A stretch of 64,000 nucleotides of DNA from an uncultured delta proteobacterium. GTDB lineage: Bacteria > Myxococcota_A > Polyangia > Polyangiales > Polyangiaceae. A program made the translations under genes and the position numbers. Positions 1 to 10,917 of the stretch are shown one piece after another (position 1 is the first letter of the stretch; each line of letters begins with the position of its first letter). Below the pieces are notes generated by a model. The model saw only the letters and a program-made list of their open reading frames with translations. It was not told the DNA's origin and did not search any database. The stretch spans positions 1,984,001 to 2,048,000 of the forward strand of contig CAWDXG010000001.1 in NCBI GenBank assembly GCA_963806225.1, written 5' to 3'.

Positions 1-775
1 TCTCGCTGTTTTCCAGGGGTTCCGAGCGCGCTGTCAGGACCTCGCAGCCACTGTCCGTCACCAGTATGGTGTGCTCGAACTGGGCGGACAGGGAACCGTC
101 AGCGGTCACGGCGGTCCAGTCGTCGTCCAGAATCGTCACTTCCCAGTCGCCCCCGTTGATCATCGGCTCGATCGTGAACGTCATTCCGGGGCGGAGCCGG
201 ATCCCGCGGCCGCGGGTGCCGACGTGGCTGACCTTCGGCTCGTCGTGGAACACCCGGCCGATTCCGTGGCCGACGAAATCGCGCACCACCGAGCAGCCCT
301 GCGCTTCAGCGAATTCCTGGATGGCGGCTCCGATGTCGCCGAGCCGAGCGCCTGGCCGCACCTCGGCGATGCCGAGCTCGAGGCTGCGCCGCGACACTTC
401 CGTGACCAGCTTGGCTTCCTCGTTTGGCGTGCCGACGTAGAACGTCGCGGACGTGTCGCCGTGGAAGCCGTTGTAGATGTGTGTGACATCCACGTTGATG
501 ATGTCGCCGTCCTCGAGCGTGCGGGGCCCGGGGATGCCGTGGCAGACGACCTCGTTGATCGAGGTGCACACGCTCTTGGGATACCCCTTGTAGTCCAGCG
601 GTGCGGGGATCGCGCCCTGGGCGAGCGTGTCCTGGTGCACGAACTCGTTGATTTCCTCGGTGGTGATCCCGGGGCGGATGATCCCTCCCACGCGCACCAG
701 CGTGTCGGCTGCGAGCCTACACGCATCGCGCATTGCCCGGATCTCGCGTGGCGTCTTGATTTCAACGGAGGACAT
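1..775 (-). CDS. map: Type I methionine aminopeptidase, runs off the window start
   Basis: Manual translation: MSSVEIKTPREIRAMRDAC...YKGYPKSVCTSINEVVCHGIP...AQFEHTILVT. Confidence 0.95.
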   Translation of the reverse strand, partial: MSSVEIKTPREIRAMRDACRLAADTLVRVGGIIRPGITTEEINEFVHQDTLAQGAIPAPLDYKGYPKSVCTSINEVVCHGIPGPRTLEDGDIINVDVTHIYNGFHGDTSATFYVGTPNEEAKLVTEVSRRSLELGIAEVRPGARLGDIGAAIQEFAEAQGCSVVRDFVGHGIGRVFHDEPKVSHVGTRGRGIRLRPGMTFTIEPMINGGDWEVTILDDDWTAVTADGSLSAQFEHTILVTDSGCEVLTARSEPLENSE

Positions 776-805
776 CTGGAAACGCATTGACCGCATGACG
801 TTCGT

Positions 806-1393
806 TCATCTGCTGAAACCGCCGACGAGCCGTGCCCGTTCGACAGCAGCGCGCAACTCGGGTGTGTCGGCTTCGGCGCGCCAGTGGAGAGTAGCCCGAC
901 CTTGTTCGTTATAGCGACGGAAGAACAGGATGAACTCCTTGCCGACCAGAGTCGAGTCCGCCGAGCGTACGAAAGCGTACGACGGGTTGGTGGGCGTGAT
1001 CTCGACGTCGATGGGCTGCCCGGGGGCGCGGCCCGCGAGCGGCGCAGCCGCGGGCACGAGCACCAGCGTGTAGGCCGGGTTGTCGCCGGCCGAGTCACTG
1101 CTGATGGTGGAGATCTTCACGGGCAGCACCGACTCGGCCTGCTCCGTCCAGCTGGGCAGTGCCGGATCGCCGGCCGCGTTGTTGCCCGTCAGCGTGGCTC
1201 CGAAGATCTCGGGCGCGATGCTGTCGTCGAACAGGGCCGCGGCCTGGGGGCCATAGGGCGGCAGCTGCTGGGCAGCCGGCGCCACTTCCGGCCGGTTGGG
1301 CGGTCCGCAGGCGCTCGTCGGGAGTGCCAGGCACGCCAGCAGGGCGGCTGTCAGGAGCGGCCGGGGAGAGCGCTTGGGGGCTGGGGAATCCAA
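806..1393 (-). CDS. Hypothetical lipoprotein
   Basis: ORF with basic N-terminus, hydrophobic stretch and lipobox-like TSAC; start codon uncertain. Confidence 0.65.
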   Translation of the reverse strand: MDSPAPKRSPRPLLTAALLACLALPTSACGPPNRPEVAPAAQQLPPYGPQAAALFDDSIAPEIFGATLTGNNAAGDPALPSWTEQAESVLPVKISTISSDSAGDNPAYTLVLVPAAAPLAGRAPGQPIDVEITPTNPSYAFVRSADSTLVGKEFILFFRRYNEQGRATLHWRAEADTPELRAAVERARLVGGFSR

Positions 1394-1680
1394 CGTTGTT
1401 CTCTAGATAGCCATCCGGGTCGGTCGCGTCGAGGTCACATGACGCAGCGCGCTGTTACCGCGAGCGCCGGCTGCGGCATGGGGAAAAGCAGGGCCTACGG
1501 GACCGGTCCGGGAAATCCGGTGGGGATTCCGGCCAAGTTGCTCCATAGTTCCGCGGCGTCAAACGTCTAATGCAGGCACCCCCACCCCGCGTGGGCGTGC
1601 CTTGAGCCGCGGTCGACTGCAATGCTAGCGTCCCGGCGCCCGCAGATCGAAACGACTGTCAAGGATTTCGGGAGGATACA

Positions 1681-2559
1681 ATGAAGTTCAGCGTCGTCGT
1701 GACACTTACCGCCTTCGGTCTCGTCGCAGCTCCCCTGGCGGCCACGACGGCGAGCGCCGCACCGGCGTCGTCGTCCGTCCTGGCCCGCTACGGTCACGCG
1801 AGGCATTCCCACAAGGCCAAGGCGGCAGGCGAACCCGGGCGTCTCAAGAAGCACATTGCCGTCGCGCCGCGAGGTCTGCGCTGGGGCATGAGCAACGAGC
1901 AGATCGCCCGGCTCTACGACAAGATCTTCGATAAGGAGTTCGTGCCGCTCTACAAGAAAGTGGAGCCCGGGCCGCGGATGACGGCACTCGACGTCGAGCT
2001 CAAGAACAAGAAGGCGATCCTGCGTCGCAGCTTGATCGGGTTCAACGACACGCCGACCGGTCTCGATCAGTCGCCGCTCGCCGGCGAGTTCACCTACGGC
2101 AATCACGAGAGCATGAGCCGCGTCACGCTGCGCAGCGGGACCGCGCGCCACTTCTTTTTCTTCTCGGATCGCCTCTGGAAGATCTACGACGAGCACAAGC
2201 TGCGCAAGGGCGGCCCGCTCGGCGACAGCTACAAGGAAGCGGTGGCGATCCTGACCAAGAAATTCGGCGTGGCGCCGAAGATGATCCCCGCCGACTTCAG
2301 CAAGCACCAGTACTACGACGAGGCGATCTGGTTCGACAACAGCACGCTGATCCGCGCAGTGAACCGTGAGGCGCAGCACGTCCTGGCGATGGTGTACGAG
2401 GACAAGAACGTCGCCGACGGTCTCGCGCGCTACCGCACGCACAAGAAGAAGAACCCGAACTCGATCGACAGTTCGGTGTTGGCCGTGACCAAGCCGGCGA
2501 CTCCGCCCCCCGACGACAAGGCCAAGGACAGCAAGAAGAAGCGCCGGCGCGGGCACTAG
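1681..2559 (+). CDS. Secreted hypothetical protein, Lys-rich
   Basis: RBS GGAGG, signal peptide MKFSVVVTLTAFGLVAAPLA, GC3-biased codons. Confidence 0.8.
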   Translation: MKFSVVVTLTAFGLVAAPLAATTASAAPASSSVLARYGHARHSHKAKAAGEPGRLKKHIAVAPRGLRWGMSNEQIARLYDKIFDKEFVPLYKKVEPGPRMTALDVELKNKKAILRRSLIGFNDTPTGLDQSPLAGEFTYGNHESMSRVTLRSGTARHFFFFSDRLWKIYDEHKLRKGGPLGDSYKEAVAILTKKFGVAPKMIPADFSKHQYYDEAIWFDNSTLIRAVNREAQHVLAMVYEDKNVADGLARYRTHKKKNPNSIDSSVLAVTKPATPPPDDKAKDSKKKRRRGH

Positions 2560-2598
2560 GCCGCACGTCGCGACTCGAGGCCCGCCTGCCGGCGGGCC

Positions 2599-2868
2599 TC
2601 AGTCTTCTATCTTCTCCGCTCCCTCCGGAACGATGGCACCCGAGGTGACCTTGACCTGGGCGCCTGGCGCCACCGCCAGGATTGCCGGCTCGATGACCCG
2701 GCGCTTGGCGAGCGTGTTGCCCGGGCAGCCCGAAAAGCGGCCCGCCAGGTGCAGCTCGACCGCGTCGTCCTCGGCCCGGACCAGGTACACATCCCCCCCA
2801 TCGGCCCGCACCAGCGGGGCCAGGATGTCATGGACCACCCGGAGGATCTCGTCGCGAGGGGAGGGCAT
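2599..2868 (-). CDS. NifU/NfuA C-terminal domain protein
   Basis: [13 protein letters not shown]...[12 protein letters not shown] matches the NifU_C pattern. Confidence 0.85.
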   Translation of the reverse strand: MPSPRDEILRVVHDILAPLVRADGGDVYLVRAEDDAVELHLAGRFSGCPGNTLAKRRVIEPAILAVAPGAQVKVTSGAIVPEGAEKIED

Positions 2869-3035
2869 CCGGGCCCGAAGGTAGCACGCCGCTTGACCGG
2901 ACCGCGAGGCTTCCTCTAGTTTCCCGGGCCCCCCCGCCCCCCGGACCGGGCAGAGGGCTTTTCTGGCGCCGGCTGTGGCCGGTGCTAGCTTTTGTCTGGT
3001 CCGGGCCAAAGCGTCCCACGGATCGAGGAAATTTA

Positions 3036-3296
3036 ATGGCCGTTCACATCCGCCTTGCCCGCCACGGCTCGAAGAAGACCCCTTTCTACCGCATCGTCGT
3101 GACCGATCAGCGCAACCCGCGCGACGGCCGCTTCATCGAGAACGTCGGCGTGTACGATCCCGCGTCGGACCCCGCGAAGCTCGAGCTCGACCGCGAGCGG
3201 CTCGAGTACTGGCAGAAGCAGGGTGCCCGTACCTCCCACACTGTCGAGCGCCTGCTGAAGAAGAACGCGGCGCCGGCGACCGAAGCTTCTGGCTGA
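3036..3296 (+). CDS. rpsP: 30S ribosomal protein S16
   Basis: [35 protein letters not shown]. Confidence 0.98.
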   Translation: MAVHIRLARHGSKKTPFYRIVVTDQRNPRDGRFIENVGVYDPASDPAKLELDRERLEYWQKQGARTSHTVERLLKKNAAPATEASG

Positions 3297-3407
3297 CCTG
3301 GAGCCGGCAGTCCAGAGCTCCTGCGTGCCCCCCGGACTTTCATTCCACGATTCCCCGCAGCATTTCCGGGCGCGAGATGCGCCAGCGACTCTGGAGTTCT
3401 GTCACCC

Positions 3408-3644
3408 ATGGCACTCAAGGAACTGATTTCCACCATCGCCCAGGCTCTTGTTGACGATCCCGACAGCGTCGAAGTCACCGAGATCGAAGGCGATCACAAT
3501 TCGTTGATCGAGCTGAAGGTCGCCAAGAACGACATCGGCAAGGTCATCGGCAAGGACGGGCGCACGGCACAGTCGATGCGCACGATCCTCACAGCGGCGT
3601 CGACCAAGCTCGGACGGCGCGCGCATCTCGACATCGTGGATTGA
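3408..3644 (+). CDS. khpA: KH-domain RNA-binding protein
   Basis: IGKVIGKDGRTA GxxG motif; lies between rpsP and rimM. Confidence 0.93.
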   Translation: MALKELISTIAQALVDDPDSVEVTEIEGDHNSLIELKVAKNDIGKVIGKDGRTAQSMRTILTAASTKLGRRAHLDIVD

Positions 3645-4177
3645 CGCCTCCGGTCACCGCGCGCCAGCCGCCGAAGGTCGTCGAGGTCGGCGGCGTGGTG
3701 AAGCCGCATGGAGTGCGCGGCGAGCTGAAGGTCCGCCCGCACTTTGCGGGTAGCGACAGCCTGCTCTCGATCGACGAGGTGTGGCTCGCTTCCGGAGCGG
3801 CGGAGCCGCGGCCCTTCCGCGTTGTGTCGGCCCGCCGTGCAAACCGCTTCGTGCTGCTCGGGCTCGAAGGCGTCGAGGACATGGACGCCGCGGATGAGCT
3901 GCGTGGCGCGCGAGTGCTGGTCCCGCGCGACCAGCTGCCCGAACCCGGCGAGGACGAATTCTACCTGTCCGATCTGGTCGGGGCCCGGGTGGAAGCGCCG
4001 TCGGGCGAGGTCGGCACGGTCGTGGAGGTGCGCGTGCATCCGAGCGTCGATTCGCTGGTGATCCAGAGGCAGGACGGCACGCTCGTCGAGCAGCCGCTCG
4101 TCGAGCCGTGGATCGAGAGCGTCGACGTCGAGGAAGCCTGCGTGCGCCTCTCCACGACCGACGGCTTGATTGTCTGA
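3641..4177 (+). CDS. rimM: 16S rRNA processing protein RimM
   Basis: VGGVVKPHGVRGELKV...EDEFYLSDLVG; synteny. Confidence 0.95.
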   Translation: MTPPVTARQPPKVVEVGGVVKPHGVRGELKVRPHFAGSDSLLSIDEVWLASGAAEPRPFRVVSARRANRFVLLGLEGVEDMDAADELRGARVLVPRDQLPEPGEDEFYLSDLVGARVEAPSGEVGTVVEVRVHPSVDSLVIQRQDGTLVEQPLVEPWIESVDVEEACVRLSTTDGLIV

Positions 4178-4189
4178 TACACGGGGACC

Positions 4190-4891
4190 GTGCACGTCGG
4201 CGTCGTCACACTGTTTCCGGAGCTGTTCGGAGCGTTCCTCGAGACGAGCTTCGTCAAGCGCGCGATCGCGGGCGGCCAGCTCGGGGTGGAGCTCGAGCCG
4301 CTCCGGCAGCACGGCCTCGGCCGCCACCTGAGCGTGGACGACACGCCGTATGGCGGCGGCTCCGGCATGGTGCTCCGGGTCGACTGCGTCGTCGCCGCTC
4401 TCGAAGCGGTTGAAGCGAAGCTGGGGGCGCGGTCGCACCGCGTGCTCCTCACGCCGCAGGGCCGGCGCTTCGACCAGGAGCTCGCACGCGATCTCGCCGC
4501 CCGGGCGCACGTGTCGTTCGTGTGCGGCCGCTATGAGGGCTTCGACGAACGTGTCCGCGGCTTCGTGGAGCAGGAGATCTCGCTCGGTGACTTCGTCCTC
4601 ACCGGAGGCGAAGTGCCCGCCATGGCGATCATCGAGGCGTGTGTGCGCCTGCTGCCGGGTGTGCTCGGCAACGAGGCTTCGCCGCGTGAGGAGTCTTTCA
4701 GCCCGCACTGCGACGGCCTGCTCGAGTACCCGCAGTACACGCGACCGGCGAGCTACCGCGGCCTCGGCGTGCCCGAGGTGCTGGTGAGCGGCGACCACGG
4801 CCGCATCGCCGAGTGGCGGCTCGCGAAGTCCCGCGAGCGCACCCAGGAGCGCCGGCCCGATCTGTCGAGCGAGGGGAAGGACGACCGATGA
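4190..4891 (+). CDS. trmD: tRNA (m1G37) methyltransferase
   Basis: VDDTPYGGGSGMVL, CGRYEGFDER, ISLGDFVLTGGE, LLEYPQYTRP. Confidence 0.97.
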   Translation: MHVGVVTLFPELFGAFLETSFVKRAIAGGQLGVELEPLRQHGLGRHLSVDDTPYGGGSGMVLRVDCVVAALEAVEAKLGARSHRVLLTPQGRRFDQELARDLAARAHVSFVCGRYEGFDERVRGFVEQEISLGDFVLTGGEVPAMAIIEACVRLLPGVLGNEASPREESFSPHCDGLLEYPQYTRPASYRGLGVPEVLVSGDHGRIAEWRLAKSRERTQERRPDLSSEGKDDR

Positions 4892-5466
4892 GGCGCGTCG
4901 CCGCCGCGCTCATCCACCATCCGGTGCTCGATCGACAGGGCGACGTGGTGACGACCGCCATCACCAATCTCGACCTGCACGATATCGCGCGCAGCGCCCA
5001 CACCTACGGTCTCGGCGGGCTGTTCGTCGCGCATCCCGTGGCGGCGCAGCGGGAGCTCGCCCTGCGCATCCGCGAGCACTGGATCAGCGGTTCCGGCGCG
5101 CGGCGCATCCCCGACCGCTCACCGCCTATGCGCGCGATCCAGATCGTCGAGTCGCTCGACGACGCGATCGCCGCGCTGGGAGGCCGGGACGCGGTCGAGC
5201 TGTGGACCACCAGCGCGCGCGAGGCCGCCGCTCCCATGCTCGACTACCCCGCCGCGGCGGAGCAGCTACGCCGCGACGGTCCCGCCGTGCTGATCGCGTT
5301 CGGCACGGGTTGGGGCCTCGCCGACGAGGTGCTGGCCCGGGCCGACGCGCAGCTCGGTCCGATCGTGTCGCCGCGCCAGGACGGCTACAACCACCTGAGC
5401 GTGCGTGCCGCGGCCGCCATCATCTTCGACCGGCTGCTCGCGCCTACGGCACCTGGAACGGCCTGA
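4888..5466 (+). CDS. SPOUT-class RNA methyltransferase (TrmD-associated family)
   Basis: ALIHHPVLDRQGDVVTTAITNLDLHDIARS...FGTGWGL...YNHLSVRAAAAIIFDRL; ATGA overlap with trmD. Confidence 0.88.
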   Translation: MRRVAAALIHHPVLDRQGDVVTTAITNLDLHDIARSAHTYGLGGLFVAHPVAAQRELALRIREHWISGSGARRIPDRSPPMRAIQIVESLDDAIAALGGRDAVELWTTSAREAAAPMLDYPAAAEQLRRDGPAVLIAFGTGWGLADEVLARADAQLGPIVSPRQDGYNHLSVRAAAAIIFDRLLAPTAPGTA

Positions 5467-6565
5467 GCCCGCGCAGCGAGACGCTGGTGACGCTGTCCGC
5501 GAACACCCGTACGTCGTAGTAGCCCAGGCTGACCACTTTCGTGCCGCCCTTGCCATCGGGCATCAGCCCGTCGGCTGCCACGCGCGCGAAGCCCGGCTTC
5601 ACGTCGAGTGCCGCGTACAGTGCGGTGCGGCCGGTGCCCTGGCTCCCCAGTTTGGGCAACGGGTTGTCCTCGTCGTCGTTGAAGTAGACGAAAGCCGCGC
5701 GGGACGCGGTCACGTCCACGCTCGCGTTCTGCAGCCGCACGTTGCCGCAGTCGTGGACCTCGCCGCCGATGGCGCCGTTGCCGGGCGAGATCGGACGGCT
5801 GAATGCGGCGGCGGGGATCGTCTGGAAGTCGTCGGCTGCGAGCGCTTCCAGGTTGTGCGTATAGACCCCGTTCGAGAACTCCGGGTCGTTGTCGGTGATG
5901 TAGATGTTGTACGTGACGAGCGGCGCCCACAGGCCGGTGGAAGCGTCGCTCGTCTTGACCACGAGCTCGGTGTACATCGGCACCTTGTCGTACGTGTACG
6001 CCCGGTCCTTGCGCGGGTCGTTGCAGTTGCCCGTGTCGGTCAGGGTGACCGTGGAGTTCGGGTCCGTGCTCACGGGCGTTCCCACGAGGTCGCCCAGCTC
6101 GCCGTCGGTGGCCGGATCGCCCGTGCGCTTGACCTTGTAGACCTCGATCTTCACGCCGGCCATGTCGCAGCCATGCGCGAACGCCTGGACCAGCCCCTGC
6201 ATGGTCACCAGCTTGGGCTTGCCGCTGGGCGGCTTGGCCGGATAGCCCGCGGGGCTGAAGCAGGACACGTCCGGGGCTCCGGTGCCGGCGTACTTCTTGG
6301 TAGACGTGCTGCGCTTGAGGGTGGCGCCAATGCCGGCGCCGGGCTTGCTGACGAGCACGCAGCAGTCGTTGATCGGTCGCTGCGAGGCATGGCGACAGTC
6401 GAGCGCCGGATTGCAATTGTCGCTGCTGCAGAAGTCGCTGTTCGAGGGCGTCTGTAGCTTCGTGCAATCCGTCGACGAGCCGCCGGAGTTCGTCTTGCCG
6501 CTGGAACACCCGGCGGTGGCGGCGATGGTTGCGAAAGCCAGGAATCGACCGATAAGCTGATGCAT
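5444..6565 (-). CDS. Cys-rich lipoprotein, unknown function
   Basis: Signal peptide with TAGC lipobox, many Cys, strong codon bias. Confidence 0.8.
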   Translation of the reverse strand: MHQLIGRFLAFATIAATAGCSSGKTNSGGSSTDCTKLQTPSNSDFCSSDNCNPALDCRHASQRPINDCCVLVSKPGAGIGATLKRSTSTKKYAGTGAPDVSCFSPAGYPAKPPSGKPKLVTMQGLVQAFAHGCDMAGVKIEVYKVKRTGDPATDGELGDLVGTPVSTDPNSTVTLTDTGNCNDPRKDRAYTYDKVPMYTELVVKTSDASTGLWAPLVTYNIYITDNDPEFSNGVYTHNLEALAADDFQTIPAAAFSRPISPGNGAIGGEVHDCGNVRLQNASVDVTASRAAFVYFNDDEDNPLPKLGSQGTGRTALYAALDVKPGFARVAADGLMPDGKGGTKVVSLGYYDVRVFADSVTSVSLRGLRPFQVP

Positions 6566-6829
6566 GCGGGGACCTCGCTCTTTTTCCGGGTGGCCAGTTG
6601 CGCGGTTGGCCGCTGGATCGTGAATCCAGCGGGCCGCAGGCTCGTCCTACAGGTCGCGCTGGGAGGCCAGCTCCCGGGAGTTTTCCACCAGACGAGAAGC
6701 TAGCTAATTTCGCTCTCTTTCGCATGGGTTTTCGCGCAGCGGCGCGGCTCTGGGGGCCGTCCACTGCTGGATATGGGCTGACAATGGTGGCAGATTCGCG
6801 GACCACCGCGCCGCATCGAGGATGAGCAG

Positions 6830-8121
6830 ATGACAACGACCCGGGGGCTTCTGCCGGCTCTTGTCCTGGGACTCTCGCTGGTCCTGGGCGCTGCGCCCGC
6901 GCGCGCCGCCGACAGCGTGGCGGGGCTCCGGGCCGCGGCGCTGCACCCGCCGTCCGATCCGGTCAAGGCCCTCGAGCTCGGGCGCTCGCTCGGTCGAGCC
7001 GGCCTGTGTGGCGAAGCGGTGCGCGTGCTGCGCCACGGCTACTTCCGCGCCGGCAAGGACAAGTCGACCGCCATCCAGCTGCGCCTCCAGGCCGCGCGTA
7101 CGCTGATCGCCGAGCGCAAGCAGAAGGCGGCCCTGCGCGAGTGTCGCGGGCTCAGGCCGTTGTCGCCTGTCAAGGCGGACGCCTGCACGGCCGAAGCGCA
7201 GCTCCTGTGGCGGCGCGCTTCGCTCGCTCTTCCTGCAGCCGAACGCGCGCTGTCGAGTTCACCGCACGACTACGACGCGCTGGTGGCGAAGGGCCGTGCG
7301 CTCGAGCAGATGGGCAAGCCAACCGAGGCGCAGGCCGCGTTCCGCGCGGCCATCGCCGCCGACGGATCGCGCTACGAGGCCCACCGCTACCTCGCCGCGC
7401 TGCTGTACGAGGGCGGTGGGAGCAAGGCCGGTCTGGCCGAGCTCCGCACCGCGGCGCGCCTGGGCCCCGACGAGCCCGCGCTGCTGGTGCAGCTCGCGTC
7501 GCAGCTGCCCGCGGGCAAGCGAAGCGGAGACGCTGCTGAAGCACGCGCTCTCGCTCAGGCCGGACTACGGCGCAGCGCTGGCGCAGCTCGGCGAAAACCA
7601 GCTCGAGCAGGGACAGCTCGCGCCGGCGGCGGCGTCGTTGAAACGTGCGCTCGCGATCGATCCGAAGCAGGCCGACTGGCATGCCGATCTCGGCCGGGTG
7701 CTGCTCGCGCAGGGCGACGCGGACAAAGGCACTGGCCGAGGCGAAGCAGGCGCTCTCGATCGTGCACAACCACGCCGCCGGCAAGTTGCTCGAGGCCGAT
7801 GCGCTGGCCGCGCGCGGCGACATCGATCCGGCCATCGAGGCCTACGAGAAGGCGCACGCCCTGTCGCGCACCAGCCCGGAGGCGCTCGTCCACGCGGCGC
7901 GCGCCTGTCTGCACGGGGCCCGCCCCACCACGGCGCACGCATTTGCGTCGCGTGCGACTGAGGATTTCCCGGACTGGGCGCCGGGCTGGGAAGTCCTTGG
8001 CGACGTGCTGGCGGCCGGGCAGGAGCCGAAGGCAGCCCGGGACGCCTACAAAAAGGCGCTCAAAGCCCATGGTCCGGTGGACCGCAAAGGAATCCAGAAG
8101 AAGCTGGCGCGGATTCGCTAG
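6830..8121 (+). CDS. Secreted tetratricopeptide-repeat protein (frameshifted twice)
   Basis: TPR-like helices continue across frames (ORFs at 6830, 7296, 7645). Confidence 0.75.
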
Positions 8122-8143
8122 ACTGTCGGGTACTGCCCCCTCC

Positions 8144-9044
8144 ATGAAGAGATTGCCCCTCCCCTCCAAGGTGACGGCGCCTGGCGTCGATGCGGCGTTC
8201 TGGCGTCGCATGGCCTTTGCCGGAGCGCGCTACGGCCCGCGACCCTGGGTCCGCTACAGCCCGCCGCTGTTCGGTCTCGCGTTCGCCGCCCTCTTGCCCG
8301 AGCATCGCGCGCGCGTGCGGGACAACCTGCGCCGCATCCTTGGCGAGCGCAGCGCAACTCGAAGAGAACGTCGACGTCGCGCGCACCTTCGCTACCTATG
8401 CGCGCTGCCTTGCCGAGTCGTTGGCCAGAGGGCGCCCGGAAGCGCAGCGCGCCCGTCGGCGACTGCGCGGGACGGAGCATCTCGAACGCGCTCGTGGCGG
8501 CAGGGCGCGGCATCGTGCTGGTGACGGCGCACACCGGTGCGTGGGATGCCGCTGCGCATCTGTTGCCGCGCGATGCGGGGCTCGAGGTGATGGTCGTGAT
8601 GCACGCCGAGCCGGACGTGCGCGCGCGCCTGTTGCACGACCAGGTGCGGCGCAGCGAGGGCGTCCGTGTCGTCCATGTCGGCAGCCCATCCGCTCGACAG
8701 CTCTGCCGCTCCTGAAACACCTGGGGCGGGCGGGGTCGTCGCGGCGCAGATCGACCGTTCCTATCCCAACCAGCGTTCGCTCGACGTGGAGATGTTCGGC
8801 AGCCCCGTTCCGCATACCCGAGGGGCCGTTCGTGTTGTCGGCCCTGGTCGGCGCACCCGTGCTGCCGGTGTTCGTGCGGCGGGTCGACTATTTCGACTAC
8901 GAGTTCTCGATCAGCCCGGCCATCCAGTTGCCGCGCCGGGCCGGGCCCCGATGACTCCGGCGGGCTGCCGAACAGGCGACGATGGAGATGGAGCGTTTCA
9001 TCCGCGCCCATCCCACCCAGTGGTTCCATTTCGGCGGCGGGTAG
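8144..9044 (+). CDS. Lipid A/phosphatidylinositol-type acyltransferase (frameshifted)
   Basis: GRGIVLVTAHTGAWD motif and C-terminal IRAHPTQWFHF across frames. Confidence 0.8.
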
Positions 9045-9100
9045 GGCCGGTTCCGACGGAACTGGCGCGCCGAGGCGCGCTTTGGCAAAAGGACCCGACC

Positions 9101-9861
9101 ATGTGGCTCCATATCGGCCAGTCCGCGCTCTACGGTGACATCAGCCGCTACGCGCAGCGGTTCAACCTGCTCGAGCTCCGCGCGGAGCCGGGGAGGCTGC
9201 CGAAACCTGCAACGCTCAAGCGATGGCTGAGCGCGGTGCCGGAAGGCTTCCGGTTTTCAGGTGATGCTGCCCCGCGCCGTCGGGTCGCTTGTGCCCGGCG
9301 AAGCGCAGGAGTCGGCGCTCGGCTACGCGCTCCAAAGCGCGCGCGCGCTCGACGCAGCCTGGCTGGTGCTCCAGACGCCATCGTCGGTGATGCCCGGAGC
9401 GCGCTCTCCGGGACGCTGGCCGAGCTGGTCGAGCGGCTCGCCGGGCTCGTGGCGGATCGCCTGGGAGCCCCGCGGCGTGTGGGAAGACGACGAAGCGGAG
9501 CGGCTCGCGAAGTCCCTCGGGGTGCACCTGGTCCGCGATCTCACCCGGCGCGAGCCGCCCGCCGACGACGTGCTGTACACCCGCCTGCTGGCTCTCGGCG
9601 AAGCCGCCGAGCTCCGCGCAGCGGCCGTCGAAGCGCTCGCCGAGCGTCTGGTCGGTCAGCTCCGAGGCCTGGGTGGTGGTCGAGGGCAGGGGCGCAGTGC
9701 GGGCAGTGCAGATGCTGCGCGAGCTGAGCGCCGACGAAGCGCAAGACGGCGAGGGGCGTGACGAAGCGGGCGACGGCGGTTACGTTGCGTGGAACGGCGT
9801 CGCGGACGGAATGCCGGGCGACGAGCCGGACGACCCCGACGACCCCGACGACCCCGACTGA
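9101..9861 (+). CDS. DUF72-like protein with acidic tail (frameshifted)
   Basis: RYAQRFNLLEL...TLKRWLSAVPEGFRFS, LVLQTPSS, IAWEPRGVW; ends in DDP repeats. Confidence 0.7.
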
Positions 9862-9879
9862 GGAACTGGACGACCGCGC

Positions 9880-10862
9880 ATGACCACTCGAGCCGCCGCT
9901 ATCGCGAACGATCCGATTGCCGATGAAGCCGCCCAGGACTTTCTCGCGTCGGGCGGGTCGGCCGTCGGAGCCGTGCTTACGGGATTCTTCGCCGCCGGCG
10001 GCGCGTTCGCCGGGGTGCTGCTGGGACCGGTGAGCATCCTGGTGGGCGGGGTCGGCGTCGGCGCGCGCGCGTTCGACGGTCGTCTCCGCCAGCCGGGGCT
10101 CGGTACCAAGCGCCCGCGCGGGTTCAAGGCCGGGGAAGAGGTCCCGGATTCCGCGCGCGTCGCCATCCCGACCGGAGTGGTTGCGGCGCTGGTGGCTCAC
10201 GCCTACGACGGCAGCCAGCGGCTCGGCACCATCCTCAAGCCCGGCATCTCCCGTGCTCAGCGCAGCGGTGCGGAAGCGCGCGCTGCGCTGCTCAAGCGCA
10301 TCCGCTCGGCGGGCGCCGCCGCCTTGACCGAAGCGGCGTTCGTCCGGCCGGTGCTGCGTATCGCAGGGCCGAGCCAGGGGGGCTGGTGACGCCGTCCGAT
10401 TTCGGCACGATTCCGGACATCGACCAGGACGCGGGCGAGCGCAAGCTCGACGCTGGCAGCCTCCTCGAGCCGCCCTGGGCGGAAGAGGGCGAGGGCGTCG
10501 TCGAGGACGCCGAGGCGTTGGGGATCGGTTTCGCCGTCTGTGCGATCGACGTGCGCGGAGTCTTCGCAGCGCTGTGCTACCGCCGCATCTCCGATGGACT
10601 GCCCATCGACGACCTGGATCTGGAAGCACCGATGGCGGCCGTGCCGGTGCAGCGCGGCGTGACGCGCGTCGCGCCGGGCGCGCGCATCCCGGCGCCTGCG
10701 CCCATCGCCATCCGCCGCGACAAGAGCGGAACGCCGCTCGAGGTCATCGCCGGCCCCATGCTCGCATCGGCTCGACGATCCGTCGAAGGCCAAGCCGCTA
10801 CTGGTCGTCAAGCGCGACCCGCATACGCAGGCGACCGAAGCGCGTACGGGTCGACTGCCTAG
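9880..10862 (+). CDS. Degenerate gamma-glutamyltransferase-like protein (frameshifted)
   Basis: GGSAVGAV...AFDGRLRQPG...VAIPTGVVAALVAH resembles the GGT large subunit; AIDVRG and APGARIP resemble the small subunit. Confidence 0.6.
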
Positions 10863-10917
10863 CGAAGCGTTCCGGCCCGCATCCGGCTACAGCCGCGAGG
10901 CGGGCCGCGGTGCGGAG

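Noticed and set aside
770..779. GGACATCTGG match to the 15-bp repeat
   Set aside because: Only 10 bp, overlapping the map start; likely chance.
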